From sequence record SRR31156797_4018: DNA of 64,000 nt; one strand, written 5' to 3'. The translations under genes were made by a program, and so were the position numbers. Shown here piece after piece: positions 10,356 to 20,163 of the stretch; the stretch's first letter is position 1, and every line of letters starts with the position of its first letter. The notes under the pieces were generated by a model that ran no database searches, was not told where the DNA came from, and saw only the letters and a program-made list of their open reading frames with translations.

Positions 10356-11411
10356 TTATCTCCCTTTATACATTTGATCATAATAGGCTTGATAATCGCC
10401 TGAAATCACACTATTTAGCCAATCTTCATTGGCCAGGTACCAGTCTACAGTTTTTTCTAATCCTTCACTGAATTGCAAAGATGGCTCCCATCCTAGCTCT
10501 TTCATTATTTTAGAGCTATCAATGGCATATCGCATATCATGTCCTGCCCTATCCTTAACGAACGTAATAAGTGAGGCAGATGTTCCGGCATCTCGCCCTA
10601 ATTTTTTATCCATGATGGCACAAAGTTCCTTAATCAGGTCAATATTGGTCCATTCGTTATTCCCTCCAATATTGTATGTTTCTCCATTCTGGCCCTTATG
10701 GTAAACCAAATCGATAGCCGATGCATGATCTTCTACAAAAAGCCAATCCCTTATATTTTCTCCTTTACCATAAATTGGAATTTGCTTCATGTTTTTGATG
10801 TTGTTAAAGGCTAATGGAATAAGCTTTTCAGGGAATTGATTAGGACCATAATTATTTGAGCAATTGGTAATTACAATTGGTAATTTATAGGTGTTATGAT
10901 ACGCTCTCACAAAATGATCAGAGCTGGCTTTTGCTGAAGAATAAGGACTTTTTGGATCATAACTTGTTGTTTCTGTAAATAATCCTGTTTGACCTAATGA
11001 TCCGTATACCTCATCGGTAGAAATATGATAAAATAATTTGCCTTCCATATTATCTTTCCAATAAGTACGCGCTGCATTGAGTAAAGCCACAGTTCCAAAA
11101 ACATTGGTGCGAATAAATGCCATTGGATCTTCGATGGAACGATCCACATGAGATTCAGCAGCCAGGTGGATAACACCATCAAATTGATATTTCTCAAATA
11201 ATTTGTTTACAGCATCCTCATCAGTGATATCTGCTTTTTCGAAAATATAATTTGGTTTACCATCAATATCTTTAAGATTTTCAAGATTTCCGGCGTAGGT
11301 CAGTACATCCATATTCACAATTTTGTATTGCGGGTAACGATTTACAAATCTGCGTATCACATGTGAACCAATAAAACCTGCACCTCCTGTAATCAATATT
11401 GTCTTTTCCAT
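10356..11411 (-). CDS. rfbB: dTDP-glucose 4,6-dehydratase
   Basis: GGAGFIG, LAAESHVDRSI, STDEVYG, YSSAK, NNYGP motifs. Confidence 0.96.
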   Translation of the reverse strand: MEKTILITGGAGFIGSHVIRRFVNRYPQYKIVNMDVLTYAGNLENLKDIDGKPNYIFEKADITDEDAVNKLFEKYQFDGVIHLAAESHVDRSIEDPMAFIRTNVFGTVALLNAARTYWKDNMEGKLFYHISTDEVYGSLGQTGLFTETTSYDPKSPYSSAKASSDHFVRAYHNTYKLPIVITNCSNNYGPNQFPEKLIPLAFNNIKNMKQIPIYGKGENIRDWLFVEDHASAIDLVYHKGQNGETYNIGGNNEWTNIDLIKELCAIMDKKLGRDAGTSASLITFVKDRAGHDMRYAIDSSKIMKELGWEPSLQFSEGLEKTVDWYLANEDWLNSVISGDYQAYYDQMYKGR

Positions 11412-11474
11412 TATTTTAGTTTTTATCTTATCTCTATTTTAAAATTTGCACCAAAGTAACTGACTTATGATGAA

Positions 11475-12506
11475 TTACTCAATATTTCTGATCTTTTTTT
11501 CCCAAGCCCATGCTGAAGCCAATGTCTCCTCCAATGTTTTCTCAGCTTTCCAGTTCAATTCTTTCTCAGCAAATGAAGCATCAGCATATATTTGTTCCAC
11601 ATCACCTGCACGTCGAGGTGCCATCGCATAGTTTAACTTTTTACCTGTAGCCTTTTCAAAACCTTTCACCACATCTAAAACTGAAGCACCTTTTCCAGTA
11701 CCCAGATTAAACACTTCAAACCGGGTTTTCATTTTTGAATCCACTTGCCTTTGGATGGCAGCCACATGTGCTTTGGCCAAATCAACCACGTTGATATAAT
11801 CTCTAATGCATGTTCCATCTGGTGTGTTATAATCATCACCAAATATTTTCAATTGATCGCGTAATCCGGCTGCAGTTTGTGTTACAAATGGCACCAAATT
11901 ATTGGGTACTCCTTTAGGCGACTCTCCAATCAAAGCGCTTGGATGGGCACCTATTGGATTAAAATACCGCAAAGCAATAGACTTAAAAGTATTATTTGCA
12001 TCAGCAAATTCCTGCATTATTTCTTCGCTAATACGCTTGGTATTTCCGTAAGGTGATTCAGGGCGAATAACAGGAGTTTGTTCTGTAACTGGCAGCTTCT
12101 CAGGCTGGCCATAAACAGTACATGAACTGGAGAACACAAGATGTTTAATACTAAACTTGGCTGATAACTCTAAAAGATTAATCAACGAATTCAAATTATT
12201 GCGATAATACATCAAAGGTTTCTCAACCGACTCACCAACAGCCTTATAAGCGGCAAAGTGAATAGATGCAAAAATATTCTGCTCATTTTTTAGTACTTCC
12301 TGAAGTGCTGAAAAATCCGTCATATCGACTTCATAAAAAACAGGTTTTTGACCGGTAATCTCCCCAATTCTATCAACAACAGCTTTTTCTGAATTAGAGA
12401 GGTTATCAATTATAACCACATCAAATCCAGCTTGCTGCAATTCAACAACTGTATGGGAGCCAATATATCCGGTACCTCCGGTAACCAATATCTTTTTATT
12501 CTGCAT
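11475..12506 (-). CDS. galE: UDP-glucose 4-epimerase
   Basis: GGTGYIGSHT, KAVGES, YGNTK, LRYFNPIGAH, DGTCIRDY motifs. Confidence 0.95.
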   Translation of the reverse strand: MQNKKILVTGGTGYIGSHTVVELQQAGFDVVIIDNLSNSEKAVVDRIGEITGQKPVFYEVDMTDFSALQEVLKNEQNIFASIHFAAYKAVGESVEKPLMYYRNNLNSLINLLELSAKFSIKHLVFSSSCTVYGQPEKLPVTEQTPVIRPESPYGNTKRISEEIMQEFADANNTFKSIALRYFNPIGAHPSALIGESPKGVPNNLVPFVTQTAAGLRDQLKIFGDDYNTPDGTCIRDYINVVDLAKAHVAAIQRQVDSKMKTRFEVFNLGTGKGASVLDVVKGFEKATGKKLNYAMAPRRAGDVEQIYADASFAEKELNWKAEKTLEETLASAWAWEKKIRNIE

Positions 12507-12578
12507 AAATCACAATTTGAGCAACGAAGATACTAAGAAAAACTCAGCTTCAATAAAACTTAAACCTGAGATAATTAT

Positions 12579-12586
12579 TAAATTTG
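12579..12586 (+). promoter_or_regulatory. Bacteroidota -7 promoter element for the leader-TBDT operon
   Basis: TAAATTTG fits TAnnTTTG, about 70 nt upstream of the GTG at 12657. Confidence 0.5.
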
Positions 12587-12656
12587 TAAGATAAAAAAAC
12601 CTGGTTTACATAAACAAAGTAAAACTTATACTGTTAAGCAATCTGAATCTAACCTG

Positions 12657-13040
12657 GTGAAAAGTTCAACATTAACATATATTGCAATCTTCTTGTTATT
12701 GGTATTTCTAATACCAATGCAATATAGATTTTTGCATGTGCTTGAACATCACTTTGCCGGTAATCCTATAAATCATCATTCTCATAATCATCATAATCAT
12801 GAGGACCATCACAATTGTAACCATAATGATGAACCCAAAGGTGATTACAACCTAAATGAAACTATAGATATTTGCCCGGTTGTAGAATATGAGTTTGCGG
12901 TATCCGATGAACCAGCAATTGAAAACACAACTTCAAAACCAGATTTTAGAGCGAATACTGAAAATAATTTTCATTTAACTTTCATAAATTCCTATTCAGG
13001 AACTCAAAAGCAACTTAGAGCCCCACCTGTAACTACTTAA
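12657..13040 (+). CDS. His-rich leader protein with N-terminal hydrophobic segment and C-terminal RAPP ribosome-arrest-type motif (CruR/CutF/DUF2946-like)
   Basis: Hydrophobic N-terminus, 12 His within about 30 residues, ends KQLRAPPVTT; 43 nt before a TonB-dependent receptor. Confidence 0.75.
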   Translation: MKSSTLTYIAIFLLLVFLIPMQYRFLHVLEHHFAGNPINHHSHNHHNHEDHHNCNHNDEPKGDYNLNETIDICPVVEYEFAVSDEPAIENTTSKPDFRANTENNFHLTFINSYSGTQKQLRAPPVTT

Positions 13041-13070
13041 AAAATACAAAAACCAAAAAGTAGTTTTTTT
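13031..13070 (+). terminator. Possible attenuator hairpin with U-tract between leader ORF and TBDT
   Basis: AACTACTT (13031-38) pairs with AAGTAGTT (13058-65); T7 run at 13064-70; weak AT-rich stem with long loop. Confidence 0.35.
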
Positions 13071-13083
13071 CAAATATTATGGC

Positions 13084-15480
13084 ATGAAAAACATAATTCT
13101 AACAGCAATTATGTTGCTGTTATCGAACCTTGTTTTTAGCCAACAATATGAAATACACGGCAAAATCATTAATGATAAAGGTAGGCCAGTTTCCGGAGCT
13201 GTTATTCATACAACACCTGGAAATCTAGATGCATTAAGTACTCAAAAGGGCGCTTTTAAAATCACTGGACTTGTACGCGGCAATTATAAGATCGTTGTTT
13301 CATATGTTGGTTATGAAATTGAGGAGTACAACATTAAAGTTCCAAATAAATCGCCACTGATTGTAACTCTTAAGCCCGGTGTAGAGCATTTGCAAGAGGT
13401 TATCGTAGAAGATCACCATGCAAGTAAAAGGCGGCGGGAAGAATCTCAGAATATTGAAATAGTTAACAATCAGTTTATCGAGCAAAACATGGGTGGTAGT
13501 TTAATGCAATCATTACGCAGATTACCCGGTGTTTCATCAATGGATATTGGTGCTGGCATATCAAAGCCTGTGCTACGCGGTTTAAGTTTTAATCGGGTTG
13601 TAGTGGCTGAAAATGGCATTAAACATGAAGCCCAGCAATGGGGTGCCGATCATGGACTGGAGATCAATCAGCATAGTATTTCCGAAGCTGAAGTTATAAA
13701 AGGCGCAGCATCACTCATGTATGGTTCTGATGCTATAGGAGGTGTAATTAATCTCAAGAATTCATTTTTACCATCGCAAAACAGTTTTGGTGGTGATTTC
13801 AACTTATTAGGTGAAAGTATCAATGATAAAATTGGAACATCTCTGAATTTATTTGGAAGAAAAGAGAAATCATATTTTAATGCCAAAGTAAATTGGTCTG
13901 ACTACGGAGATTACAAAGTACCAACAGATGTAGTGTATATTTATGATGCACCTGCCTACTTAAAGGATAACATGATGAGAAATACTGCTGGTGAAGAGGC
14001 AAGTCTTAATGTTATTTTGGGAGTTAAAACAGACAGTTTACATTCCCTGGTAAACTTAAGTGTTTACCACGCTAAATCAGGTTTTTTTGCTAATGCGCAC
14101 GGATTAGAACCAAGAAATGTGGATACTGCCATATACGATAGAAAAAGCAGAGACATTCAGCTACCTTACCAACAAGTTCAGCATTTAAAAGCCTCTTATT
14201 TTTTATCAATTCAAAAACAAAGACACCATTTTGAAATAAATGTAGGATGGCAAAACAACCTACGTGAAGAGCGCGGGCCATATACAAATCATGGTTACAT
14301 GCCAGACAGTTTGCCTACTGAATTGGGAATCCCTGAAACAAGAGAGCGCTGGTTTGATAAACACACAGCAACACTTCATATATCAGATAAAATTAAAACT
14401 AGAAAACATGAGATAAACATTGGATTACAATCTCAATTTCAGATAAATGAAATAGGTGGCTGGAATTTCATCATTCCTGCATATAACCAATTAACCAGTG
14501 GATTATTTATATATGACAAATGGACTTTAAATGAAAAACTGATTGCCCATGCAGGCATACGCTACGATATTGGTTTTTTGAATACAAAGAATTATCAGGA
14601 TTGGTTTAGAACTCCCATTGAAAATGATTTTGGAGGTACAGATTCCATTTACCTCGAAAGGGCTGCCAAATTGAACAAACAATTTGACAACATCAGTTAT
14701 TCTGCTGGCATAAATTGCAACTTAACACATTTCGAGTTTAAAGCTAATGCAGGTAGAAGCTTCAGAATGCCAACTGCCAAAGAATTAGCTGCCAACGGTG
14801 TTAATTACCACCTATACAGTTATGACTTGGGCAATGATGAATTAAGTCCGGAAATATCTTATCAGTTGGATTTTTCCGGTGAGGTTCATTATCCTTTATG
14901 GGCATTTCAGGTAAGTCCTTTTGTAAATTACTTTCCAAATTATATTTATTTGAACCCAACACCTTTTTTTGATTTTGACCATGGTGCAGGGAATCAAAAA
15001 TTTGAATATCGTGAAAGTGAAGTATTTAGGTTTGGTGGGGAAATTCACGGACATTACAAATTAATGGAATCTCTTAAGCTGGGCGTGATTGGTGAGTATA
15101 TTTTTGCCAGGCAACTTTCAGGAGCTAAAAAAGGCTATTCTTTGCCATTTTCAGCACCTGCCACGTTACTGGTCAATTTAAAATACACGCCTGATTGGTC
15201 GAACAATCTAAATGGATCCTTTTTCTCAGTTGATTATAAACTTACAGCAGAACAAAACCGTACTGTTCCGCCCATAAAAACCACACCGGGGTATGCATTA
15301 GTAAATCTATCGATGGGAACTAAAATTAAATGGAACCAACAATGGGTGCATTTTACATTTAGAGTCAATAACCTACTGGATAAGAAATACTTAAACCATA
15401 CCAGCTATTACAGATTAATAAGCTTACCGGAACCGGGAATCAACTTCTCAGCTTCGGTAAAAATTCCTTTTACTTTTTAA
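13084..15480 (+). CDS. TonB-dependent outer-membrane receptor, probably for a transition metal
   Basis: Signal peptide, carboxypeptidase-regulatory-like N-domain, plug motifs KPVLRGL, QQWGADHG, KGAASLMYGSDAIGGVIN; C-terminal Phe. Confidence 0.93.
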   Translation: MKNIILTAIMLLLSNLVFSQQYEIHGKIINDKGRPVSGAVIHTTPGNLDALSTQKGAFKITGLVRGNYKIVVSYVGYEIEEYNIKVPNKSPLIVTLKPGVEHLQEVIVEDHHASKRRREESQNIEIVNNQFIEQNMGGSLMQSLRRLPGVSSMDIGAGISKPVLRGLSFNRVVVAENGIKHEAQQWGADHGLEINQHSISEAEVIKGAASLMYGSDAIGGVINLKNSFLPSQNSFGGDFNLLGESINDKIGTSLNLFGRKEKSYFNAKVNWSDYGDYKVPTDVVYIYDAPAYLKDNMMRNTAGEEASLNVILGVKTDSLHSLVNLSVYHAKSGFFANAHGLEPRNVDTAIYDRKSRDIQLPYQQVQHLKASYFLSIQKQRHHFEINVGWQNNLREERGPYTNHGYMPDSLPTELGIPETRERWFDKHTATLHISDKIKTRKHEINIGLQSQFQINEIGGWNFIIPAYNQLTSGLFIYDKWTLNEKLIAHAGIRYDIGFLNTKNYQDWFRTPIENDFGGTDSIYLERAAKLNKQFDNISYSAGINCNLTHFEFKANAGRSFRMPTAKELAANGVNYHLYSYDLGNDELSPEISYQLDFSGEVHYPLWAFQVSPFVNYFPNYIYLNPTPFFDFDHGAGNQKFEYRESEVFRFGGEIHGHYKLMESLKLGVIGEYIFARQLSGAKKGYSLPFSAPATLLVNLKYTPDWSNNLNGSFFSVDYKLTAEQNRTVPPIKTTPGYALVNLSMGTKIKWNQQWVHFTFRVNNLLDKKYLNHTSYYRLISLPEPGINFSASVKIPFTF

Positions 15481-15498
15481 AAATTAAATTTTATACGT

Positions 15499-16350
15499 AT
15501 GAAAACTTTAAAAATTTTAATACTATTAATTATTGGATTAGCAATTTTAAGCAGCTGTAAGAAAGACGATGATGATAACAAAAAAAATCTACCCGCAATT
15601 CTCTCATGGGAATTTGGCTATGAAAATTCAGGTATTGCCTATGCCGGTTCTGATCTACATATGGAAGCAGAAATTGAAGCAGAAAACAAGGTAAGTACTA
15701 TTCAAGTCACCATTCACCCTGAGGGAGAACACAAAAGCCTGATGCACGAAGAGTGGGAAGTTGATACTACATATACAAAATTTTCAGGAATTATTAACCC
15801 AACTTTCCATGAACACCTGGAAGTGCCTGCAGTAGCAGATACAGGACATTATCATTTTCATTTCATTATTACTGATATGGAAGGCTATGTAACAGAAAGA
15901 GAAGAAGAGTTAGAAGTATTATACCCAACAGATACTGAAGCTCCAACGATCACAGTTTCAACTGCTCCACAGACAGATGAAGAATTTGCTAACGGAGCAA
16001 CCATTAGTATCTCAGGTACTGTAACTGACAACATTGCCTTAGGTGGAATCTATATTTGTTTGGTTAGAGTAAATCAAAATCTTGAGGATGCTGACGTTAA
16101 TGCTATGAATACCATCACTTTACTCCACGCTCATGAATTTGACAATCACATGGAATACAATTTCGATGCTTCTATTGTAGTGGGTGCAACCAGTGATAAT
16201 AATCCAGATCCAACCGACCTTACAGGAGACTTAGATGGTGGTGCGGCATGGCAATCCGGTGCTTATTATCTTGTGGTAAAATCACCTGATGCATTTGGTG
16301 GTGGCGTAGCATTTTCGCAACATTATCCTATTTTACTTAATCTTGAATAA
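15499..16350 (+). CDS. DUF4625-like His-rich lipoprotein with two Ig-like repeats
   Basis: Lipobox LSSC; HPEGEH, FHEHLEVP, GHYHFHF, HAHEFDNH. Confidence 0.8.
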   Translation: MKTLKILILLIIGLAILSSCKKDDDDNKKNLPAILSWEFGYENSGIAYAGSDLHMEAEIEAENKVSTIQVTIHPEGEHKSLMHEEWEVDTTYTKFSGIINPTFHEHLEVPAVADTGHYHFHFIITDMEGYVTEREEELEVLYPTDTEAPTITVSTAPQTDEEFANGATISISGTVTDNIALGGIYICLVRVNQNLEDADVNAMNTITLLHAHEFDNHMEYNFDASIVVGATSDNNPDPTDLTGDLDGGAAWQSGAYYLVVKSPDAFGGGVAFSQHYPILLNLE

Positions 16351-16822
16351 TATGAAAATCCCAAAATTAATTTTGATAATTATGCTCTTTGCAGTTGCAT
16401 TTAGCAGCTGTAAAGAGGATGAAGATGTAGACCAAACTGCTCCAACCATTGACATAAGTGCAATAGAAGCATTTCCAAAACAATGCGATACGCTATATCG
16501 TGGAGAAACCTTCACTTTTATTGCCACTTTTTCTGACAATGAAGCATTGGGTTCATACAGTTTGGATATCCACAATAATTTTGATCACCATTCACACACA
16601 ACTGAATGGGAAGAGTGTGAATTATGGCCGGTTCAAACGCCTGTAAATCCATATTTATTGATTGAAGGATATGAAATTCCCGATTCGCCTCAAACATTCA
16701 CCACACATTTGGAAATAACTATTCCTAATGATGTGGATCAAGGCGATTATCATTTTATGATTCGGGTTGTGGATGTAAATGGATGGCAGACCTTACGAGG
16801 GCTTAGCATCAAAATTCTTTAG
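16343..16822 (+). CDS. DUF4625-like lipoprotein (ATG at 16352 is an alternative start)
   Basis: Lipobox FSSC; DNEALGSYSLDIHNNFDHHSH; GDYHFMIRVVD. Confidence 0.85.
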   Translation: MNNMKIPKLILIIMLFAVAFSSCKEDEDVDQTAPTIDISAIEAFPKQCDTLYRGETFTFIATFSDNEALGSYSLDIHNNFDHHSHTTEWEECELWPVQTPVNPYLLIEGYEIPDSPQTFTTHLEITIPNDVDQGDYHFMIRVVDVNGWQTLRGLSIKIL

Positions 16823-16838
16823 TTCATAACACACTTAT

Positions 16839-16889
16839 AAATGAAAGGCAGGGTTGAAAATAATTCTTCAGCCCTGCTTTTTCATTTTT
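16839..16889 (+). terminator. Rho-independent terminator ending the TBDT-DUF4625 operon
   Basis: GCAGGGTTGAA...TTCAGCCCTGC stem followed by T-rich tail. Confidence 0.8.
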
Positions 16890-16989
16890 AATTATCAAAA
16901 CAGATTTTTTATCATTTAGAAATTTCATAAAAAATGAAATTATATTAAATTCGTAACCAATTGACTATATTCATTATAATCCTACTCAA

Positions 16990-18549
16990 ATGAAATATCT
17001 TATTTTATTTGCGCTTATACTGTCATTTGGATTAGCGCATGCCCAAAAGGGTGAATATTGGGTTTTCTTTACGGATAAAAAGGATGTCCAATTTGATCCA
17101 TACACTTATTTCGATGCAAAAGCTATTGAAAGACGCTTAAAATCAAACATCCCATTGGATCATTTAACTGATTACCCTATCAATTCAAACTACAAAAAAT
17201 CTGTTTTAGATAATGCGGAAGGTTTAACAGGAGAAACACGCTGGTTTAACGCCATTGCTGTTTGGGCCTATTCAGATCAAATTGAGATAATACAAAAACT
17301 TCCTTTTGTTAAAAACACAGAACTCATAAGAAGCGAGTCTCAATTGGCTGAGAAAAAGTTCAGTATGGATTTAGGGAATAAAAATGAATTTATTCTAAAA
17401 AAGCAAATAGAAGGCATGCAGGGAGCCAAATTCAAAGAAGCTGGTTTTACAGCTAAAGGAATAAGAATTGCAGTTTTTGATGGTGGATTCCCTACAGTGG
17501 ATGTTAATCCGGTTTTTAGTCATTTACATGAAAACAATCGCATTATTGACACCTGGGATTTCGTGAAAGAAAAGCCTTATGTGTACGATTATAACAGCCA
17601 TGGCCTTGCAACACTTTCCTGCATTGCCGGAATAACAAAAGAAAAACAAATGGGATTGGCAATTGAAGCAGAGTTTTTACTGGCACGCACAGAAAAAAAC
17701 ACCGAACCATTTTCAGAAGAAGTAAACTGGATGCAAGCTATGGAATGGGCTGACAAAAAAGGAGCTGACATTATTAGTAGTTCATTGGGCTATACACATA
17801 ACCGGTACTTCATTAATGACATGGATGGTAAAAAAAGCCTTGTAACACGCGCAGCTAATATGGCCGCTGCAAAAGGAATGATAGTAGTGAACTCCATGGG
17901 AAATGAGGGAGACGGAAAATGGAAATATATGGGTGCTCCTGCTGACGCAGACAGTATTTTATCAATAGGTGGCTTAGATCCGTTTACAGATTATCACATT
18001 AAATTCAGTTCTTTTGGCCCCACGGCTGACAAAAGACTTAAACCAAATGTTTGTGGCTATGGACATGCAATTACTGCCGGAAAAGGTAAACTAAAAGATA
18101 GCTATGGGACTTCATTCTCTGCACCATTAGTTGCTGGATTTGTTGCCTGCGTATGGCAAGCTAATCCTAATTTGACCAACATGGAGCTTATGCGTGAAAT
18201 AGAAAAATCTGGTCATTTATATCCATTTTTCGATTATGCGCATGGCTACGGAATGCCTCAGGCAGGGTACTTTACAGATCAAAAACAAAAACCGGTAACT
18301 CCACTATTCAATTTTGTTGAAAAAGAAAATGTTGTGGCCGTTGTCTTAAATAATGCTCAACAAAGCTATTTCTCAATAGGTGCAAATAAAGTATACTATC
18401 ACATTCGTAAGCCGGATGGTGTTTTACAAGAATATGCCCTGGTAGTACCTTACCAGGAAGAAGTGTTACTTATATCAAAAGATAAATTACAGGATGGAAA
18501 CAAACTGGCTGTATTCTACAATGGACATTATGCAGAATTTGGCAACTAA
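16990..18549 (+). CDS. Secreted S8 (subtilisin-family) serine peptidase
   Basis: Signal peptide; triad motifs AVFDGGF, SHGLATL, GTSFSAP; oxyanion NSMGNEG. Confidence 0.92.
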   Translation: MKYLILFALILSFGLAHAQKGEYWVFFTDKKDVQFDPYTYFDAKAIERRLKSNIPLDHLTDYPINSNYKKSVLDNAEGLTGETRWFNAIAVWAYSDQIEIIQKLPFVKNTELIRSESQLAEKKFSMDLGNKNEFILKKQIEGMQGAKFKEAGFTAKGIRIAVFDGGFPTVDVNPVFSHLHENNRIIDTWDFVKEKPYVYDYNSHGLATLSCIAGITKEKQMGLAIEAEFLLARTEKNTEPFSEEVNWMQAMEWADKKGADIISSSLGYTHNRYFINDMDGKKSLVTRAANMAAAKGMIVVNSMGNEGDGKWKYMGAPADADSILSIGGLDPFTDYHIKFSSFGPTADKRLKPNVCGYGHAITAGKGKLKDSYGTSFSAPLVAGFVACVWQANPNLTNMELMREIEKSGHLYPFFDYAHGYGMPQAGYFTDQKQKPVTPLFNFVEKENVVAVVLNNAQQSYFSIGANKVYYHIRKPDGVLQEYALVVPYQEEVLLISKDKLQDGNKLAVFYNGHYAEFGN

Positions 18550-18567
18550 TCTTAAAAACTGACATCA

Positions 18568-19278
18568 ATGAAAAAACTCATCATATTATCACTGCTATTT
18601 TTAGCCATATCTACCGGATTTAGTCAACGATACTTACTGTTTGAAAATGTTGACCGAGAATGGGATGTAAGAAACACCAATTTTGGCCCCAATAAAAAAC
18701 ACTTCGTACACTCGTGGATTACTGCAGGGCAGGTTCTAGGAACTTCAGCAGACAGTCTGCCTGCAAAATACTGGGGGAGCGGTAGTTTAGGATTTGGGGT
18801 ACGTTATAAGCACAAACTAACCTCATGGTGGTCGCACGGATTTGATTTAGGCTATAATTACCAATCGTATAGCATTGCCCAAAAAGATGAAAAAATGCTG
18901 CTTGACAATAACCAATATGAAAAAGAAAGACTGAACTTTCATCAGATTACTGGGGATTATTACTGGCGTTTTAGATTGGGAAGGGCTGGAAATTATATTG
19001 GTAAATTTCTAGATATTGGTGGTTATGGAGCATGGAACTTCAGTAAAAACCATGTGATAAAAGCCAATGATGACATTCAGAACGCAAAAAAACAAAAAAC
19101 CAAATTTAAAAATGTGAATTATCTAGAAGATATAGAGTATGGTGCTATTGCGCGACTGGGATTTAACAGAGTAACATTATTTGGCAAATATCGGCTTAGC
19201 AATTTACTAAAAGACGTTCCTGAAAATTCCGATCAACTTCCGGCAATAACTGTGGGGTTGGAAATTAGATTGAACTAG
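18568..19278 (+). CDS. Outer-membrane beta-barrel (porin-family) protein
   Basis: Signal peptide, alternating amphipathic strands, terminal strand ITVGLEIRLN. Confidence 0.6.
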   Translation: MKKLIILSLLFLAISTGFSQRYLLFENVDREWDVRNTNFGPNKKHFVHSWITAGQVLGTSADSLPAKYWGSGSLGFGVRYKHKLTSWWSHGFDLGYNYQSYSIAQKDEKMLLDNNQYEKERLNFHQITGDYYWRFRLGRAGNYIGKFLDIGGYGAWNFSKNHVIKANDDIQNAKKQKTKFKNVNYLEDIEYGAIARLGFNRVTLFGKYRLSNLLKDVPENSDQLPAITVGLEIRLN

Positions 19279-19284
19279 TTTTCT

Positions 19285-20016
19285 TTATTTTTCAACTAAA
19301 CAAAAAGTATTCAAAGCGCCTTTGCCCTCTTTGAGGTCACCATTTTCATAGGAATAGAATTCATATCCGAATGGTTGAAGGAATGCCATTACTTCATCAC
19401 TTATGGATTCAATAAGCATAATTGGTTTATGGGCCTCAATGGTATTAACAGCTCCTTTTAAAACCTCTAATTCAAAACCCTGAACATCAATTTTTACAAA
19501 TCCAGGATTCAGGTTAAAGCTGTCCATGGTTTTAATATCGCATCTAACCTCTTTGATCGTTAAACGCTTTTCTTTAAATCCACTAAGCCGCGTTTTAAGC
19601 CAGTCGGCAGCTTCTGTTTTTTTAAATGAAGATAGTCCGTCGAACATCCATTTTCGATAGAAGGGTACATACAAAGTATTGGATTGTTCATTAGCTCCTA
19701 AACCGCAATTATAAAGTTCTATACGTTGATGTCCGTTAAAATAATTCGCTAACTTTTCAAACACTAAAGGATTTGGTTCAAAACCAATTATCTTGTTTTT
19801 TCCTTTCATGGTAACCAATGTAGACTGAATGCCCTCTCCTCGATTGGATCCTACGTCGACGAAAACCTTTTCTTGCGGAATATCAAACAGATTTAACGCA
19901 TAAAAGTCATGCTCATGTGGTTTTCCTGATCGTTTGGAGCGATTTAATTTAAATTGAAAACGCACATCATGCAACCACGGAAAATTTGTTTGTACAGCGC
20001 GTAAAAAATTCTTCAT
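19285..20016 (-). CDS. FkbM-family methyltransferase
   Basis: VDVGSNRG, GFEPNP, VKIDVQGFELEVLKG. Confidence 0.88.
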   Translation of the reverse strand: MKNFLRAVQTNFPWLHDVRFQFKLNRSKRSGKPHEHDFYALNLFDIPQEKVFVDVGSNRGEGIQSTLVTMKGKNKIIGFEPNPLVFEKLANYFNGHQRIELYNCGLGANEQSNTLYVPFYRKWMFDGLSSFKKTEAADWLKTRLSGFKEKRLTIKEVRCDIKTMDSFNLNPGFVKIDVQGFELEVLKGAVNTIEAHKPIMLIESISDEVMAFLQPFGYEFYSYENGDLKEGKGALNTFCLVEK

Positions 20017-20039
20017 TCATTGTTTAGTTTGGCGTGCCG

Positions 20040-20148
20040 CAAAGTTATATTATTTGATAAATTCCTCTAACTTTTTTAACTAATATTCTGAAATAGGCAG
20101 GTAAAACCATAGAAATGAAGGCATTTTTTTATGGAAATACTATCTTTG
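20040..20148. promoter_or_regulatory. Divergent pair of -7 promoter elements
   Basis: TAACTTTG on minus (20040-47) before FkbM; TATCTTTG on plus (20141-48) before the GT4, which supports the ATG at 20164. Confidence 0.55.
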
Positions 20149-20163
20149 AACGAAAAATCGGAT

